Assembly (NCBI RefSeq): GCF_009914755.1
Contig: NC_060932.1
Source of the DNA: the human T2T-CHM13v2.0 reference genome, Homo sapiens
Direction: 5' to 3' (one strand)
DNA: 64,000 nt
This document shows positions 1 to 14,558 of this stretch, piece after piece. The notes under the pieces were generated by a model. It was not told the DNA's origin, did not search any database, and saw only the letters and a program-made list of their open reading frames with translations. Numbering within the stretch: position 1 is the first letter of the stretch; each line of letters begins with the position of its first letter. Both the position numbers and the translations under genes were made by a program.

Positions 1-215
1 CATCTGTAAAGTGAAAGTATTAAATACACACCCTTCTGCAGCTCTAGAATGGCTCTGAACTTAAGTATAGTACCACCTAACTCAATGTACCAGGATTAGC
101 AGTCTCAACTTGCTTAATTTTATTAGTCATATAGTAATTTCACATAAAATCAGTTTGATCACCGTATTTTTAGTTCCAGTTCTCCAAGGTCAACCCTCAG
201 TTCAACATGACATCA

Positions 216-531
<316 letters not shown>

Positions 532-1390
532 AACACGACATCAAACAGGTTCCCTCATGAAGACATGTTGCAAATAAATAAGCTATAGAAAATAGCCAAA
601 AAAGGATTTGGTCTTGCTATTCATATTCAGTTCTGAGTTCAGTGTGTAATTTATAGTAACAGAATAAATATAACAAAAAAAAAATAGAAAAAGTATGGGA
701 AGAAAGGTAAGTTTACTATAACTTGAGAAAAGTTGAAACAATGTCTTTGTATTAACTTCTGAAAACATTTTCATAAACTGGAACCATCCAGGCTCACAAA
801 AGCAAAAACCTTCCTTTCTGTTGCCAACAAAACAGCACCAAATACTTTTATGTACATTCCTGTGTTTTCCTCCAACTGCCTTTTTCACTCTAGCTCTTGA
901 AATATGGTCTTTATTATAGGTGGAGTTCTCATACTTTATGAGCCAGCCTGCCATTTTAGATGCTGTAAAAGCCCAGTGGATGTATCACTGCAACCCTAAA
1001 GAGTAAGGAAATTAAAGGATAAAAGTATAAAGTATAGGGTTATATCTTGCTTCACGTCCAAGGATGCACAGAGGTCATCTATGTATAAAACTGCTTTTTT
1101 TTTTCAAATTCCTCAAAACTGTGCACAACTCCAGTAAACAGAAGGCAGGCTTTCCCTTCAGTTCTGCATAGATTCACATCAGGATAAAACTCAAACGTTT
1201 TGGGCACAGGCTTATTGGCCACACTCCTTTCAACTCCAATTTCCCTACGCCGCTACTTCTGCCAACCAGTACAGCTCACTGTGGTTGCTCAAGTTCACCA
1301 ATAACATGTCAAGCATTATCCTCCAACCCCCTTTTAACTGTTAACTTAGGAAACACTGAGTGACTATTGTGTGTCAGACATAATGGTCAA

Positions 1391-1744
1391 CATATTAGTC
1401 CATTCTCACAGCGCTAATAAAGACACACCCAAGACTGGGCAATTTATAAAGGAAAGCCGTTTAGTGGGCTCACACTTCCACATGGCTGGAGAGGCCTCAT
1501 CGTCATGGTGGAAGGCAGAGGAGGAGCAAAGGCATGTCTTACATGGTGGCAGGCAAAAGAGCAGGTGCAGGGGAACTGCCCTTTATAAAACCATCAGACC
1601 TGGTGAGACCTATTCATTATCACTAGAACAGCATAGCTCCCATGATTCAATTACCTCCCACCAGGTGCCTCCCATGACACACGGGGATTATGGGAACTAC
1701 AATTAAAGATGAGATTTGGGTGGGGATACAGCCAAACCATATCA
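1391..1744 (-). mobile_element. THE1/MST-family (ERVL-MaLR) solo LTR
   Basis: The reverse complement begins TGATATGGTTTGGCTGTATCCCCACCCAAATCTCATC, typical of THE1. About 354 bp, with near-TSD gtcaa/gtaaa. Confidence 0.88.
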
Positions 1745-2539
1745 GTAAACAAGGCAGATATGCTCTCTGGCATGGCAGTTTGAGGTTATAATTGAGCAGC
1801 CATGAGAGATGATTTTTAAAAAGCAACTATGTTAAAGATGAATGTTATTTTTAAAGATTTAAAATGTTACTTTAAAGGAGCAATGCAATAGAACACATAG
1901 CCTAGTCTAAGGACATCAGCCTTCCTGGAGAAAGTGACAGCGAAACTGACACTGAGGACCAGGAGCAGGAAAGCCCCAGGCAAGATAACAAGACATATTT
2001 TAAAAAGCAAGGGACATTCACTCAGGTTGAAGCTTGTGGGACGGAGGTGAGACAGTGTGAAGAACACAGAGCAGGCAGAAGATGAAGGTGGAGGTGAGCA
2101 GCTGCTTCATTATGAAGGCTCACACTGACAGCACCATCAAAACACTTTTCCCTTTGCTTGAGGTCCATCTTGCACTTTCCCAATAGGCCAGTACCATTTA
2201 TTACAAAATAATCAGATAACTAAATATGTGACATGCCATCTTAGCAGGTATAATACATTTTAACAGGAACTTTGTGGAGGCAGTGCTTTGACCAGAAAGA
2301 CTGATAAATGAGTGAAATTTTAAGGCTCCAAGACAAGCCAGTGGAGAAAATCTTTGGGGTTAAAATGAGTTTTCCACTAGTTTCATTCCTGTATTTGCTG
2401 TGTAAGTTACCAGAGCATTCCAGTTATCTAGACAGCATTTAGTTATCTAGTCAGAATAATTATCACTAAAAAATACAACAGTGTAAGACATGTGCTACCT
2501 GCCATTACAATTATTATCCTCATTTTAAAAGATCTAGCA

Positions 2540-4080
2540 CAATAAATTGAGAAAAAGAAATGAAAGAAAAAATAGAAAAAGGTAGAAATAAAATAATTAC
2601 TTGCATATAACTGTTGACATGTAAAGCCCAAAAATATTAAGCAAAAAATTACAACTAGTAAGATAGTCAGTTACAAAAATATAAAAACAATAGCTTTAAT
2701 AAATCATGAGGGACCAGTTAGAAAACATAACTGAAAAAAATTCTACCAAGAATAAAATTTATGAAGTAGCTAGGAATAAACTTAAGAAAACTAAAATAAG
2801 GAAAGTACAAAATTTTGCTGAGAGAAGTGAATTACAGTTAAATAAACACTATGCTCCTGCAATAAACATTGTAAAGATGTTTCTCTCACTAATCCCTCTA
2901 AAATGTAATCCAATTCAAAGAGCACATGAAAGATAAGAATGTAGAGAACTTGAAGAAAATATATTTGAATGTATAATTTCCTCATAAAGAAGGTATTTCT
3001 AACCTAGAAACTAGCAGAAATCATGATTTAATTGAGCCTTGATTACATGGCAACACCACTAAGCAAAATTAAAATGATAAATGGATAGAAAAACACCCAT
3101 TATACAAAAGGCAATACTATCCTTCAAATGGAAAGGGCTTTTGGGTACCCATAAGAGAAAGATTAATACAACAAATCAAAAAATCGGCAAAATACATTGT
3201 ACTGAGCATTCTAATCACTGCATCCTTGTGTCAGGGCTAGAGAAGTCAATTCATCCACAGCCCCTGGCAACAGGCCCCAAGAGCCTCAGCTCTCTATGCT
3301 GACCTCAGCTGACTGGAACAGGAGTGACCAGCTGATAAAACTGATCCAACAGACTGCTCACCCTAGAAATCTGGGCCGCGGATACCCATGCACTTAAACT
3401 ATGACTGGGTACGTGAACTGAAAGGTCACATAAAGTAGGGGCTGAACTAAGTGGCATGGCACACCAAAGCCAGGTAGAATGAAGAGTTATATAGAGGAAC
3501 AAAGACGCCATGAAAAAAAGGGAGAGTAGAGATGGCAGAGAGAAGCAGACCCTTCAGTTCTTGTGTCTGGGAGGTCTCACTGTTCCTTGCATCCTGTTCT
3601 TGGATATAAACCCAACGCCTGTGACATCCATCCAATACAATTAATTCAAGTAGGTTTACAGTCCACTGCAACCAGAGTCTAGACCAAAACAGACGTGAGC
3701 AAGCAATTCGTAAAAAAAGGGTAAGCAGATAAGAATTAGACATGTGGAAATAAAGCTCATCCATGTCAAAGACATACAAATTAAGGTATTCAGATAGCTT
3801 TTTCAGCCATTAAATTGGTTAAGATAAAAAAGCACTTAGACAAAGGACAGTCAAGTATGCGAAGAAATACAGGCACTCATACATTAAAGGCAGAAGTACA
3901 ATCTGATATATATTGGACTAGGTCTAACAACTCTTAAAATATGCATATCCTAAGAACCAGCAATTATATGTCTAAGCATTTATTTTAAGAAAAGAATCAT
4001 AAACATACCCAAAAATTACTTAAGGGTATTTACTGCAGTGATAATTATAATAAGACCACAAAAGAAACAAATTTACAACA
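2540..4080 (+). mobile_element. Degraded old L1 (L1M) fragments interrupted by a probable ERVL/MaLR LTR (about 3195-3690)
   Basis: A-rich sequence with L1 ORF2/3'UTR-like stretches; the inserted block ends with an LTR-like tgcaaccagagtctagac. Boundaries are approximate. Confidence 0.5.
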
Positions 4081-4189
4081 TATCACTGTTTTTCACGCAT
4101 TACTCATCACCTTTTTGACTTTTACAGATCCTTATACCTCATGTATTGATTTACTATTATTAAGTCAGGTCATGATTTTTATTTAACTT

Positions 4190-4930
4190 AGTCTTCCAAC
4201 TAGTATTTATTGAGTGCCTACTACATACTACATTCCAGGAACTTTTCTAGATTCAGGAGTGACCAAAACAAGACAAAAATCCCTGCCCTCGTGGAACTTA
4301 CATTTTAGAGGACAGAGAAGTGATAAGTAAAATACGTAGTACGTTGGTAATACAGCCAAGGGGCCGTGGGGAAGCAGGCAAGGAGAATATGAAACCGTGA
4401 GAGGAAAAGAGTTATAATTTTAGAAAAGGCAGGCAGGTAAGTGCCCAACAGAAGAGAATCATTAAAAATGTGAAGTGGGAGAGCAGGGCTCTGGGGATGA
4501 ACACTTCAAGGAGAAAGAAAAGCAAAGGCAAAGGCCCCGAGGTGGAAGCATGCCCGGCGTGCTCAGAAATGGCCAAAGAGGCCAATGCAACTGAAGCAGA
4601 GTGAGCAACAAGAGTGGGAGGAGATGAGGCCACAGAGCGGTGTATACGGTGTAGATGGGGGGGCGGATCGTGTAGGGACTTGGAGGTCATGGTAAAGGCT
4701 CTGGCTTTGACTCTGAGATAAGTCAACAAATTGAGAAAAGACTAAAGCAGGGTGTTAGTTGCAAAGATATGGGAATAAACCGTGCTCACCTGGATCACTT
4801 GAATGAGAGTAGCATTCAGAGTGGTAACACAGTTGAGATATGAATGTATTTTGAAGGTAGAGCTGACCAAATTGCTGACATGCTGAATACTGGAGACCTA
4901 GCGAAATCACCTGAGTGAGATGCCGAAAAG
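4190..4930 (-). mobile_element. L2 fragment
   Basis: L2 3'-end signature tatttattgagtgcctacta...aaaaatccctgccctcgtggaacttacattttag, then purine-rich L2-like sequence. Confidence 0.75.
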
Positions 4931-5345
4931 GTGCTGGAGACTCCCGCATTTAATGGGCTTTCAAAGTAACCGTAACCCTGAACTCACGTTTGATGCAGCA
5001 GTTAGAATTTCAAATACACATAAAATAAAAATATAATTATTAAAAAGCAAACATGCTGAGGTGTTCCCTACAGTTATCTCAAATATCATCAATGGTTCCT
5101 GCAACATACTTTCGGAATCAGTTATTTTAAATAAATCAGATTACCTTTACACCATAGAATACCAAAAGGACATTAACTTATGTGGATTTTATTTATCTGT
5201 GCACATGCAAACTCAAACACAAACACACAGAGGTTGGAAATGCATATATTAATACTAAAATGGTAACAATACTAATTTTTTAATAGTGGACTAATAGATT
5301 TATTTGCTTCTTTGTGCTTTTCAAGTTGTTTTCAGTGAATATATA

Positions 5346-5691
5346 CATTTGTCCCGCCATATCCATGAGGGATTAGTTCCAGGGTCCTTTCTGGATACCA
5401 CAATTTATGGACGCTCCAGACCTTTATATAAAATGGTGTAGTATTTGCATATAGCCTACACACACCGTCTGGTACACTTTAAATCATCTCTAGATTACTG
5501 ATAATACTGAATACAATGCAAATGCTATGACAATAATTGTTTTTCTGCCTTGTTTAGGAAATAATGACAAGAAAAAAAAAGGTCTGTGCATGTTTAGGAC
5601 AGAGGTAACCATCCTCCCCTGACCCCCCCAATATTTTTGATCCACAGTTGGTTTAATGCGATGTGGAACTCACAGATACCAGGGCTGACTG
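5346..5691. mobile_element. MER2 (Tigger-family non-autonomous DNA transposon)
   Basis: TA-flanked; internal tataaaatggtgtagtatttgcatatagcctaca...tttaaatcatctctagattact; ends ...gggctgactg. Confidence 0.88.
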
Positions 5692-6432
5692 TACTTTGCT
5701 TCTAAAAAAAATTCAAGTTTCTTACGTGTTTTTTTTTTTTTTAATACACATGCAGACCTTGCTCAAATCAAGTTTTGTTTCCGGTTTGATCTGATGGCAA
5801 GGCTTTTAACTAAATATCCAGAAGGAGAGAAAGGGACTGAGCTAGGAGCCTACAAGGTAGGAGTGAGGAGCTATGGTCAGAAACTAGAAACTGAATCCCA
5901 GATAGCAGTGACAGAGACAGCATATATATTCCCAAAAAGTGGATGGCTTATCACATGCAAAAACTCAAGATCCAGACAGTATAAGATAGACAGCGAATGT
6001 GAGACGCTCTTGAACCAGCCATGACCCAGCTCTGGGTCACTCTGTAGACCAGGGGCCAGCTCTCCACTGAGACTTCACTGCTTTGTGGTAAGCAAGTCTT
6101 CCTGACACAAGCCAATACTATGACACCATGTATTTATAAACTACTCAAATGCTTCCAAGTAAACGTCACTTAAAACAGGTAAAATAAACATTCCTATGCA
6201 TACGCCAAGCTCAAGAGGAGTAGGAGCAAGTTCAATAAAAATCAGAGGGGGCTCTAAAAGAAACTAATCATGCTTCTGCTCTCTGTTCTAATAGTGTATT
6301 CCTCATAGGTAACTGGGATTAAGTGGAGGTTTTAGGTCAAACCATTTAGTTCTTGATGTTTTAATACTCACTGGCAAAAGATGATAAATGTAGATAGTAA
6401 TTGAAATGAGACTAAACTCTAAAAGTACTCTA

Positions 6433-6588
6433 GGCCAGGCATGGTGGCTCCGTCTGTAATCTCAGCACTTTGGGAGGCTGAAACAGGAGAATCACTTGAG
6501 CCCAGGAGTTCCAAACCAGCCTGGGCAAGATGACAAGACCCCGTCCCTATATATTTAATTAAAATTTAAACATATTTAAAAAAATAAA
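6433..6588 (+). mobile_element. Free Alu monomer (FLAM-like)
   Basis: Single Alu arm followed by an AT-rich tail. Confidence 0.8.
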
Positions 6589-7295
6589 AGCACTAGTCAT
6601 CTCTGAGATGTTCAAGTAATTCTCCACTTGAATTAAGAACAAGGATGGCTGTTCACTAATCTCAATCAGACCCATGATTTGTTTGATCTTGAAGATGCCA
6701 TGTTGTCTATCAGGCAGATGGCTAGTAGGTAAGGGGAGAGTCACTCTGGGATGAAATGATAGAGGACTGTTGTAAATACCTGTCGTGTACAGACACAGCT
6801 CCCTAATTTCTCTACTAAAGAGCATAATTATGAAAGGTTTTAAGTTATCTCATTGATCAAATGAATCATATGGCTTAACTCATTAATAATTTGTGAAATC
6901 ATATAATGCCATCTGACACAGCTCATACTGTATTCACCTTACAACCCTGAGTGGGACTTTTAATTTCTAAAACAATATTCTGCCAATGACAGTAGCGCTT
7001 CAGTTCTGATTTCATGTAGAGTGATGGCTTTATGTGATCAAGAAACATTAAGTACGAAAAATTACCTAAAGGTCAGCAATGCCTCACCATGCTTGGCAAG
7101 TGAACAAAACGGGTTTCCATGAAAGGAAATCGTCTGACCCTCCTTTGTGTCTTCTGCTTTACAAAAGCATTTCTGCGCTTCATAAATGTAAATATTATTC
7201 AGTAAATGTATCCTGTCCTCTTTAAAAATAAATAAATGAAGTTGGGACAACTGAGTATGTGCAAACCAAAGTTCTGTTTTTAAAAATAATGTTCC

Positions 7296-7684
<389 letters not shown>

Positions 7685-9254
7685 CTAGGTCTTATTTGTT
7701 TCTCAATCATCTTAATTGGTCTCTGAATATCCTATAGATGAAAAGCCTGAGGAAAAGGCTTATCATACAAATGGGATGACAGACAACTCAAAACCAACTT
7801 TAAAACAAGCAGAAGGGAGAGGCCTTTAAAAAGGGAACTAAAGCTCCAACACTACTTCCTGCACTGAGCTCTCTCCCAAACAGCCAGGCTGCTTGCAGCT
7901 CATCTTACCCAGAAGAGCCGCAATTGCTTCCCAGGATCCTAACTTGAGCACAGACATACCATTTACAAGTGTAAATGTGGTGAGTTCATCAGTTTCTGGC
8001 ATTACCAATACAGAGCATGGACAGAAGAGACATTTCAAGTCCAAATTTTCTCCATCGAACTTTTAGACACAAACTCAGCTGAATGTTTCTATGTTTTTAT
8101 AGGAAAATATTTTCTTAAGCATGAAACAGGATAAACACCAAAAACAGTGGGGCCAAGTTTGCCTTGTAAAAGATCTATTGTCCAAAGGTGAATTTCCCTG
8201 GCATCTCTTGCGACATGAGAACACCTCCCATTTGCTTTTCCTCCCACAACTCCTCAGCTCTTTAAAGGTGGAGTCTGTTTGTTGCAGCAAAGCCAAGGGG
8301 AATGATGGTTCCGGGCAGTCACAGAGGCGGCCTACTTTAAGGAGAAACACTTCTGCAAATGTAAGCAGGAACCAGGTTTACTCACCCAGAGAAAAACACG
8401 TTTCCTCAGAAGGTTTTGCAGCTCCAGTAGTTATAGAACACACCACTCACCACCAGCATCACCACTGTAAGTCAACTCCACGCGGAACTCAAGTAAGATC
8501 AGAGTTCTCCTCCAAGTATCTTACTCATCACGCAAAGCAACACTTGGGCTTGGCTATAACTCTCCCATGACACAGGGATGACACAAATTAGCTCCACACT
8601 GTGTCTTCCCTGCCTCCCACACAGTCGATGGCAGTGGACTGACAAATGTGGTAGTTACTTAGCAATACTTTGTGGTTATCTCACCCACATCATTCACAGA
8701 GACAGACAGTGCCACCCTTCCATAAAAACTTCTCCCCTCCCACAAACTGTTGAATTCTACATAATAACTTACATTATTACATGGAGGAACAAAATACTGG
8801 CTTGTGCTTAGTAGAAAGTAGTCATTCCATGGACCTTTAAGAATCCTAATGCTGATCCTGTTGTTCTCTAGGTCTTGAGCAAAATCACTCCACAGTAAAT
8901 CAAAGGAATGTGAATGCCAAGTGAATAAAGCCAGAAGAGTTTAATGAGAACTACCACCCACCTGCAAATGTCCCCCCCACATCATTCTCAGCAGCTAAGC
9001 CTCAAACCCTCAATCACTCTGAGTAATAGGTGGGGAAGTTGTGTGGGGTGCATTAAACCAAAATGTCTCAAACACTTGTGATGAACATGTTGGCCTCCCA
9101 AAGATGACCTGAAGGGGGTTGGTAGGGTTGGTACAGACATTCTGCTGTCCTTAAATGAACCCTAGTTGGTCTACTCAAGCTGAGAAAAACATTTCAGTGG
9201 GATCTATCATGAGCTTTCATTTGTCCCCACTGTCATTCAAAGCATTCAGACAAA

Positions 9255-9500
9255 AACGATAGTGTGTACTAAGCACTTCCGATGTTCCAGGTTGGTCTAA
9301 GACTTTTACAGGCATTAACACATTTAATCTTCACAACAATCCTGCGAAGTAGGTATTATTAGTATGTCCACCTGGCAGATGAGGAAAACAAAGCACAGGT
9401 GCTAGGTTTCCCATAACACGGCAGGCCAGTGGCAGAGCTGGAATGTGTATCCAGGCAGTCTGACTTTAGAGACCACACCCTGAACTACAGCTTATCCTGC
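9255..9500 (-). mobile_element. MIR
   Basis: catttaatcttcacaacaatcctgcgaagtaggtattatt...cagatgaggaaaac...gtggcagagctggaat core. Confidence 0.75.
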
Positions 9501-10228
9501 CTCTCTGGGAGAGGTCTGTCAGGCCAGTGTGGGACAGCAGATTCACAGACAGCAGTCAGATTGGAGAGGCACATGATGATAATATTCTGGAATACAGAAT
9601 ATATAAAGGGAATTCTAGTTCCAATTTCACTATTAACGGTGTGACATTGGGCAAGTTGTCTTACTTCCTCGAGATCAGTACATTCATCTGGGTGTGTGTG
9701 TGTCTCGAGATAGATGAATGCACCTTGCCCCTCTAAAATTCTACTACAGTCTACTACACTTGGTAAGGTTATTAGAATATCATGCTCTATTTTAAAAGTA
9801 CTAAAACAAGAACCTAAGTAGAGGATAGAAAGCAGAAGAAAGTCCCATGATTTCAGTTGGGTAAAAATCAAGTTTACAACCCAAACCACCTACTAAGCCT
9901 GCTGCCAGCATTGACAACTCAGGCCTAAGGCAGCTAGGTAGTAACCACACTAATTGGATGGCTTAGCAGACTGCTGTGTTTGTTATGGCTGGCTAGTGTG
10001 TATGCCAATATTCATGCATGCTCAGGCACTGCGTGGAAAAAAAGTCTGTTGTGTATTCTCAGCGAGGGCAGCCCACTAAAACACAGCACCTTGGGAGTGC
10101 TGGGGAGGCCCAGAGAGTGGAGCTCAGCAGCTCCCATTCAGGCTCTCAACAAAGCAGCTCTACTTTCAAACAGCTGATAAAACTTAAAGTTCTTAGTAAA
10201 TCTTTATTTTTAAGAGTGTCTGCTATTT

Positions 10229-10230
<2 letters not shown>

Positions 10231-10272
<42 letters not shown>
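10231..10272. repeat. (AC)21 microsatellite
   Basis: Perfect dinucleotide run. Confidence 0.97.
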
Positions 10273-10274
<2 letters not shown>

Positions 10275-11224
10275 AATTTAAACACTCACTAGCATGGAGA
10301 GAGCAGACGGGGCTCTCTAGGTCTCATGTGGAAGAGCAGGCATTGTTTGAAGTGGGTAAGAGGCAGGACACTGGTGAATGTGTGGGCTTCTCTGGTCTGT
10401 GCCCAGCTAGTATCAACCAGTCATGCCTAGGCGACTCAAGTATAATGAAGATAGCCAAAATTCTTTGAGTTTTCAAGAGACCTCCATCTGGCGCTAACAT
10501 GAATGAACCATCTTCAGGAAGTCTCTGAAAGACAGGCATAGAAAGATTCTTCTACACCATTCCACCTGGGGGAGAAGCCCTAAACACATGAGGATGACAA
10601 AATGAATCTAAACACATTAGCTAGTAAAGAGACCCTAATCCCTTCATTAAAGACTTTAAAAAAAACTAGACTTTTGATATAAAACCTACTCTATTTCTAA
10701 ACAATACTTCAGACCAGTGGAGAGGTAGGGAAGGAAGAGCTGCCAGAAACCCTGCCCACGTGTCACAGGAGCAGAAAGGCAGTGGATGGCTCTCCTCTGC
10801 TGTTTCCAAGGCCAAAAACCCAGTAAGACCTCACCATCTTCCCATGTTAACCAGGATTTCCAAAGTCTTGGAATACCAAGAAGCAAAAAGTACCTACTGC
10901 TGGGTCCATAATGAGCCTGGCGTCTGCTGACAGAGGATTACACCAACTAGCATTTGGCCCACAGCCAGAGCAGCTTAGACCAAAGCCACAGCTACTCTAT
11001 GCGACATCACTATGTGAATTCCCATAAACCCAAGGCAGCTGAAGACTGCACAGTTCCAAAGTCTACATGGCATTTTATAACCCTTTTGCGCTGTAGAGAC
11101 TACTTAGAAGTAGGACATAAAAATGCTCTCATAAGGGATTTACATGGGAAAAACAATTTTGGTTCTCTTTGAGAGCAATCTGGATAATTTAAGATAAATA
11201 GCTCTCACAAAATTGTATGGCTTT

Positions 11225-11615
<391 letters not shown>

Positions 11616-11886
11616 TTAAATGAAGCCTCATGCAATGTTAAGGTACAGAAGAAGCCTTCCTCAGAAGTTCCCTCTTGCCAGAACACATGGAACCAGGCAT
11701 GGACTTTCCTTGAGCAAAAACCCATACATTTTCATATCATTCTTTTATAAAGATAAATTCATTTTCCATGTTATTTTTTCCACAGTCAATATGCCACTCA
11801 AAAAGGCTGCCTTTGCTATAGCTGTTAATAAAAACATAAAACCATCAGTAGTATTAGAGGAACCCAGTAGCAAGAGTTATTGCTCT

Positions 11887-12122
<236 letters not shown>

Positions 12123-12892
12123 TTATTGCTCTAGGTAGACAAGTTGCAGCATGAGGAATTAGAATCACCATACCTAAACATCTGAGCAAAATTCAAAGAA
12201 TATTTTAATTTCTCCATTTTCTTCCCTTTCCCTTCATATAACGAAGTAATATAAGAGGTATTAGGAAAACCCCTCCTCCATGGAAAGATACTTCAGAGCA
12301 CTCTGTATTCTGGGTTTATAATGCGTTCTCCTCTTCTAATAACAGCTTTGAGATACAATTTCAGTCCTCACCTAACACCCCTGACCCAAGGGCATCAAAA
12401 ACGGTACAAAGAATAGAGAAGTAGAGAAGTAATGAGTGTGCCATACTGTTATTTGTTGCTAATCTGGGCTTTGTGATTAAGGGAACTAATATCAAAAGCA
12501 TGGTAAAATAGAGGTATATTCCAGTACTGATGATGGTGGTGATGGTGATGAATGACAGTTGACAATATTTATTGTGCACTTACTGGTTCCAGGTACCATG
12601 TCAAGCACTTCACAAGCATTATCTCAATTGATCCTGACAATATCTCCAGGAAGTAGGTCTTCTATAACCACTTTATAAGATAGACTATTTTTTTTTTTTT
12701 TTTTACCCAAGGCAATACTGTCAGGAAATGGGCAAGCTGGGCTATGAAGACAAATATCCTGATTTAAAAAAACAAGGTTAACCCTACACAAGGTTCTGTC
12801 CATTGGGTTTTGAGTTCTGGTCCCACAAGACAGATGTCCAGCAGCTGGCTCTATGGGGTTCCAAATTTTAACATAATTATGGGAAGACTCCC

Positions 12893-14018
12893 ATCAATAC
12901 CCTTTAACTCATAAATTACCTATAATTATCTAAGAGCTGTATCTCCCCAGGATTAAAAACTCCAAGAGTTCTGATAATTAGTCTTCAAATACGAAGGTAC
13001 CATGGAAAGAAAGAAAATAAAGTTCCCCTTCTCCCTTGGGTCCCCTGAGAATTCTAAAGATGGTGAAATTTTTTACAAATTGATCTTTTCCCTGTTGTAT
13101 TTCATTAATATATAAATAATTTAAGATAGACACTTATACCTTCCATCAGAAACTTTAAAACTCTAATAATGAGTCCTAGGAGATCTAACACCTTTCCTCT
13201 TTTTAGTTCAAGGTCTTACATGGAAACAACTTAAAGTAGACTTTATCTTGACTAAACATGATCCCCCTCTTGTCTACTATATTTATAGCTCTTATTGTTC
13301 TCTACCCTTGAGCCCAAACCACATTAAGATTGAATCACTTCTACTGAAAACACACTGATGCTAAAAAAGAAAAAAAAATCAGACTAGAACATACTGGATT
13401 TGTTTTCATTTCCAACCACAACCCCTACTCCACATTAAATAGGATGGATTGCTTTCTCAGGGAAAAATAAGATTATTAGAAAAGTTAGTTAGAAGCACAA
13501 AAACCAATGTGTAAGAGAGACTGTTCACTTAGCAGGGCTCCTCTGCTATGGAAGATTTTAACCAAGAGAAGAATCGTACAGGCAAATTCCAGAATAAGCT
13601 ACTCTGCATAGCATTTACTTTGGGTATAAAGAAAATGACATCACTACAGCGCTGGGATCCGAAACAAGTGTTTCATACAAAGCTGGTTACAATGATCAGT
13701 TCATTCCAAATTGGTGGGAAAGGCTTTGCACTAAAATCTGGGAATGTACAGCCATGGATGGCTCAAAGCACGTCATGGGAGTTCAAACTGGCCTAGATTT
13801 TCTAAAATCTTGTTATGTAAAGGGGATAAAATTTTAACTTGAGGATAAGTATATTCTAAAGGAAAAACATGAGGTAAAAATATGGTATCTTGTCTATTAG
13901 AATATTGCTTTGAAAGTAAAAAGAATATTTCATTACTACCATTCTGATTTGAGATTCTGTTACTCCAAGAAGCTGGCAGCATAAATTATAGGTAATTTAT
14001 GAGTTAAAGGGTATTGAT
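12893..14018. repeat. Perfect 35-bp inverted repeat (arms 12893-12927 and 13984-14018)
   Basis: atcaataccctttaactcataaattacctataatt is the exact reverse complement of aattataggtaatttatgagttaaagggtattgat. Confidence 0.93.
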
Positions 14019-14424
14019 CATAGATATGACTTTGAAGAGGATGGCGAGAGGAACGGCTGTCATCTCAGTAGTGAGCTGAAGAAACCCTGCGTCTCCTGGA
14101 GTGGATGGGGTCCCCTAGGCCTTTGGCGGCTGCACTGTCCCACTCACATGGTCCTGTCTGCATTCTCAGACTTACTGACATAAGCAGGGTGGCAACTCCC
14201 TCATCAGTCCTTCACTCGTCACTTCCAGGTGCATAGCATGGCATTCGGAAGACAGGTGCGTCCACACTGAGAGTGCTCTGGGGCGGCCCCCACCAACACT
14301 GTGGGCAGTGTCAGCCACACCCATGAGGGCCGCTGGACCTCTTTCACTCCCTCTTCTCCCTCCCTGCTGCTGACAGCAGGAGTTTCACAGGCCTACTGCA
14401 GCATCAATTAGAAATAGCAGAAGA

Positions 14425-14558
14425 GGGTGGGTGTGGTGGCTCGCACCTGTAATCCCAACACTTTGAGAGGGCAAAGCAGGAGGATCATTTGAGGCCGGTC
14501 GTTGGAGACCAGCCAGAACAACATAGCAAGACCCCACCTCTACAAAAAAAATTAAAAT
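14425..14558 (+). mobile_element. Free Alu monomer (FLAM-like)
   Basis: Single arm with A tail; decayed TSD aaatagcagaaga / aaatggcggaaga. Confidence 0.85.

Noticed and set aside
8121-8570. 149-aa plus-strand ORF
   Set aside because: No recognisable domain or splice context; length is within chance for 64 kb.
10478-10497. CTCF-like ccagatggag motif (similar weak hits near 32625 and 34960)
   Set aside because: Mismatches at core positions and no upstream motif.
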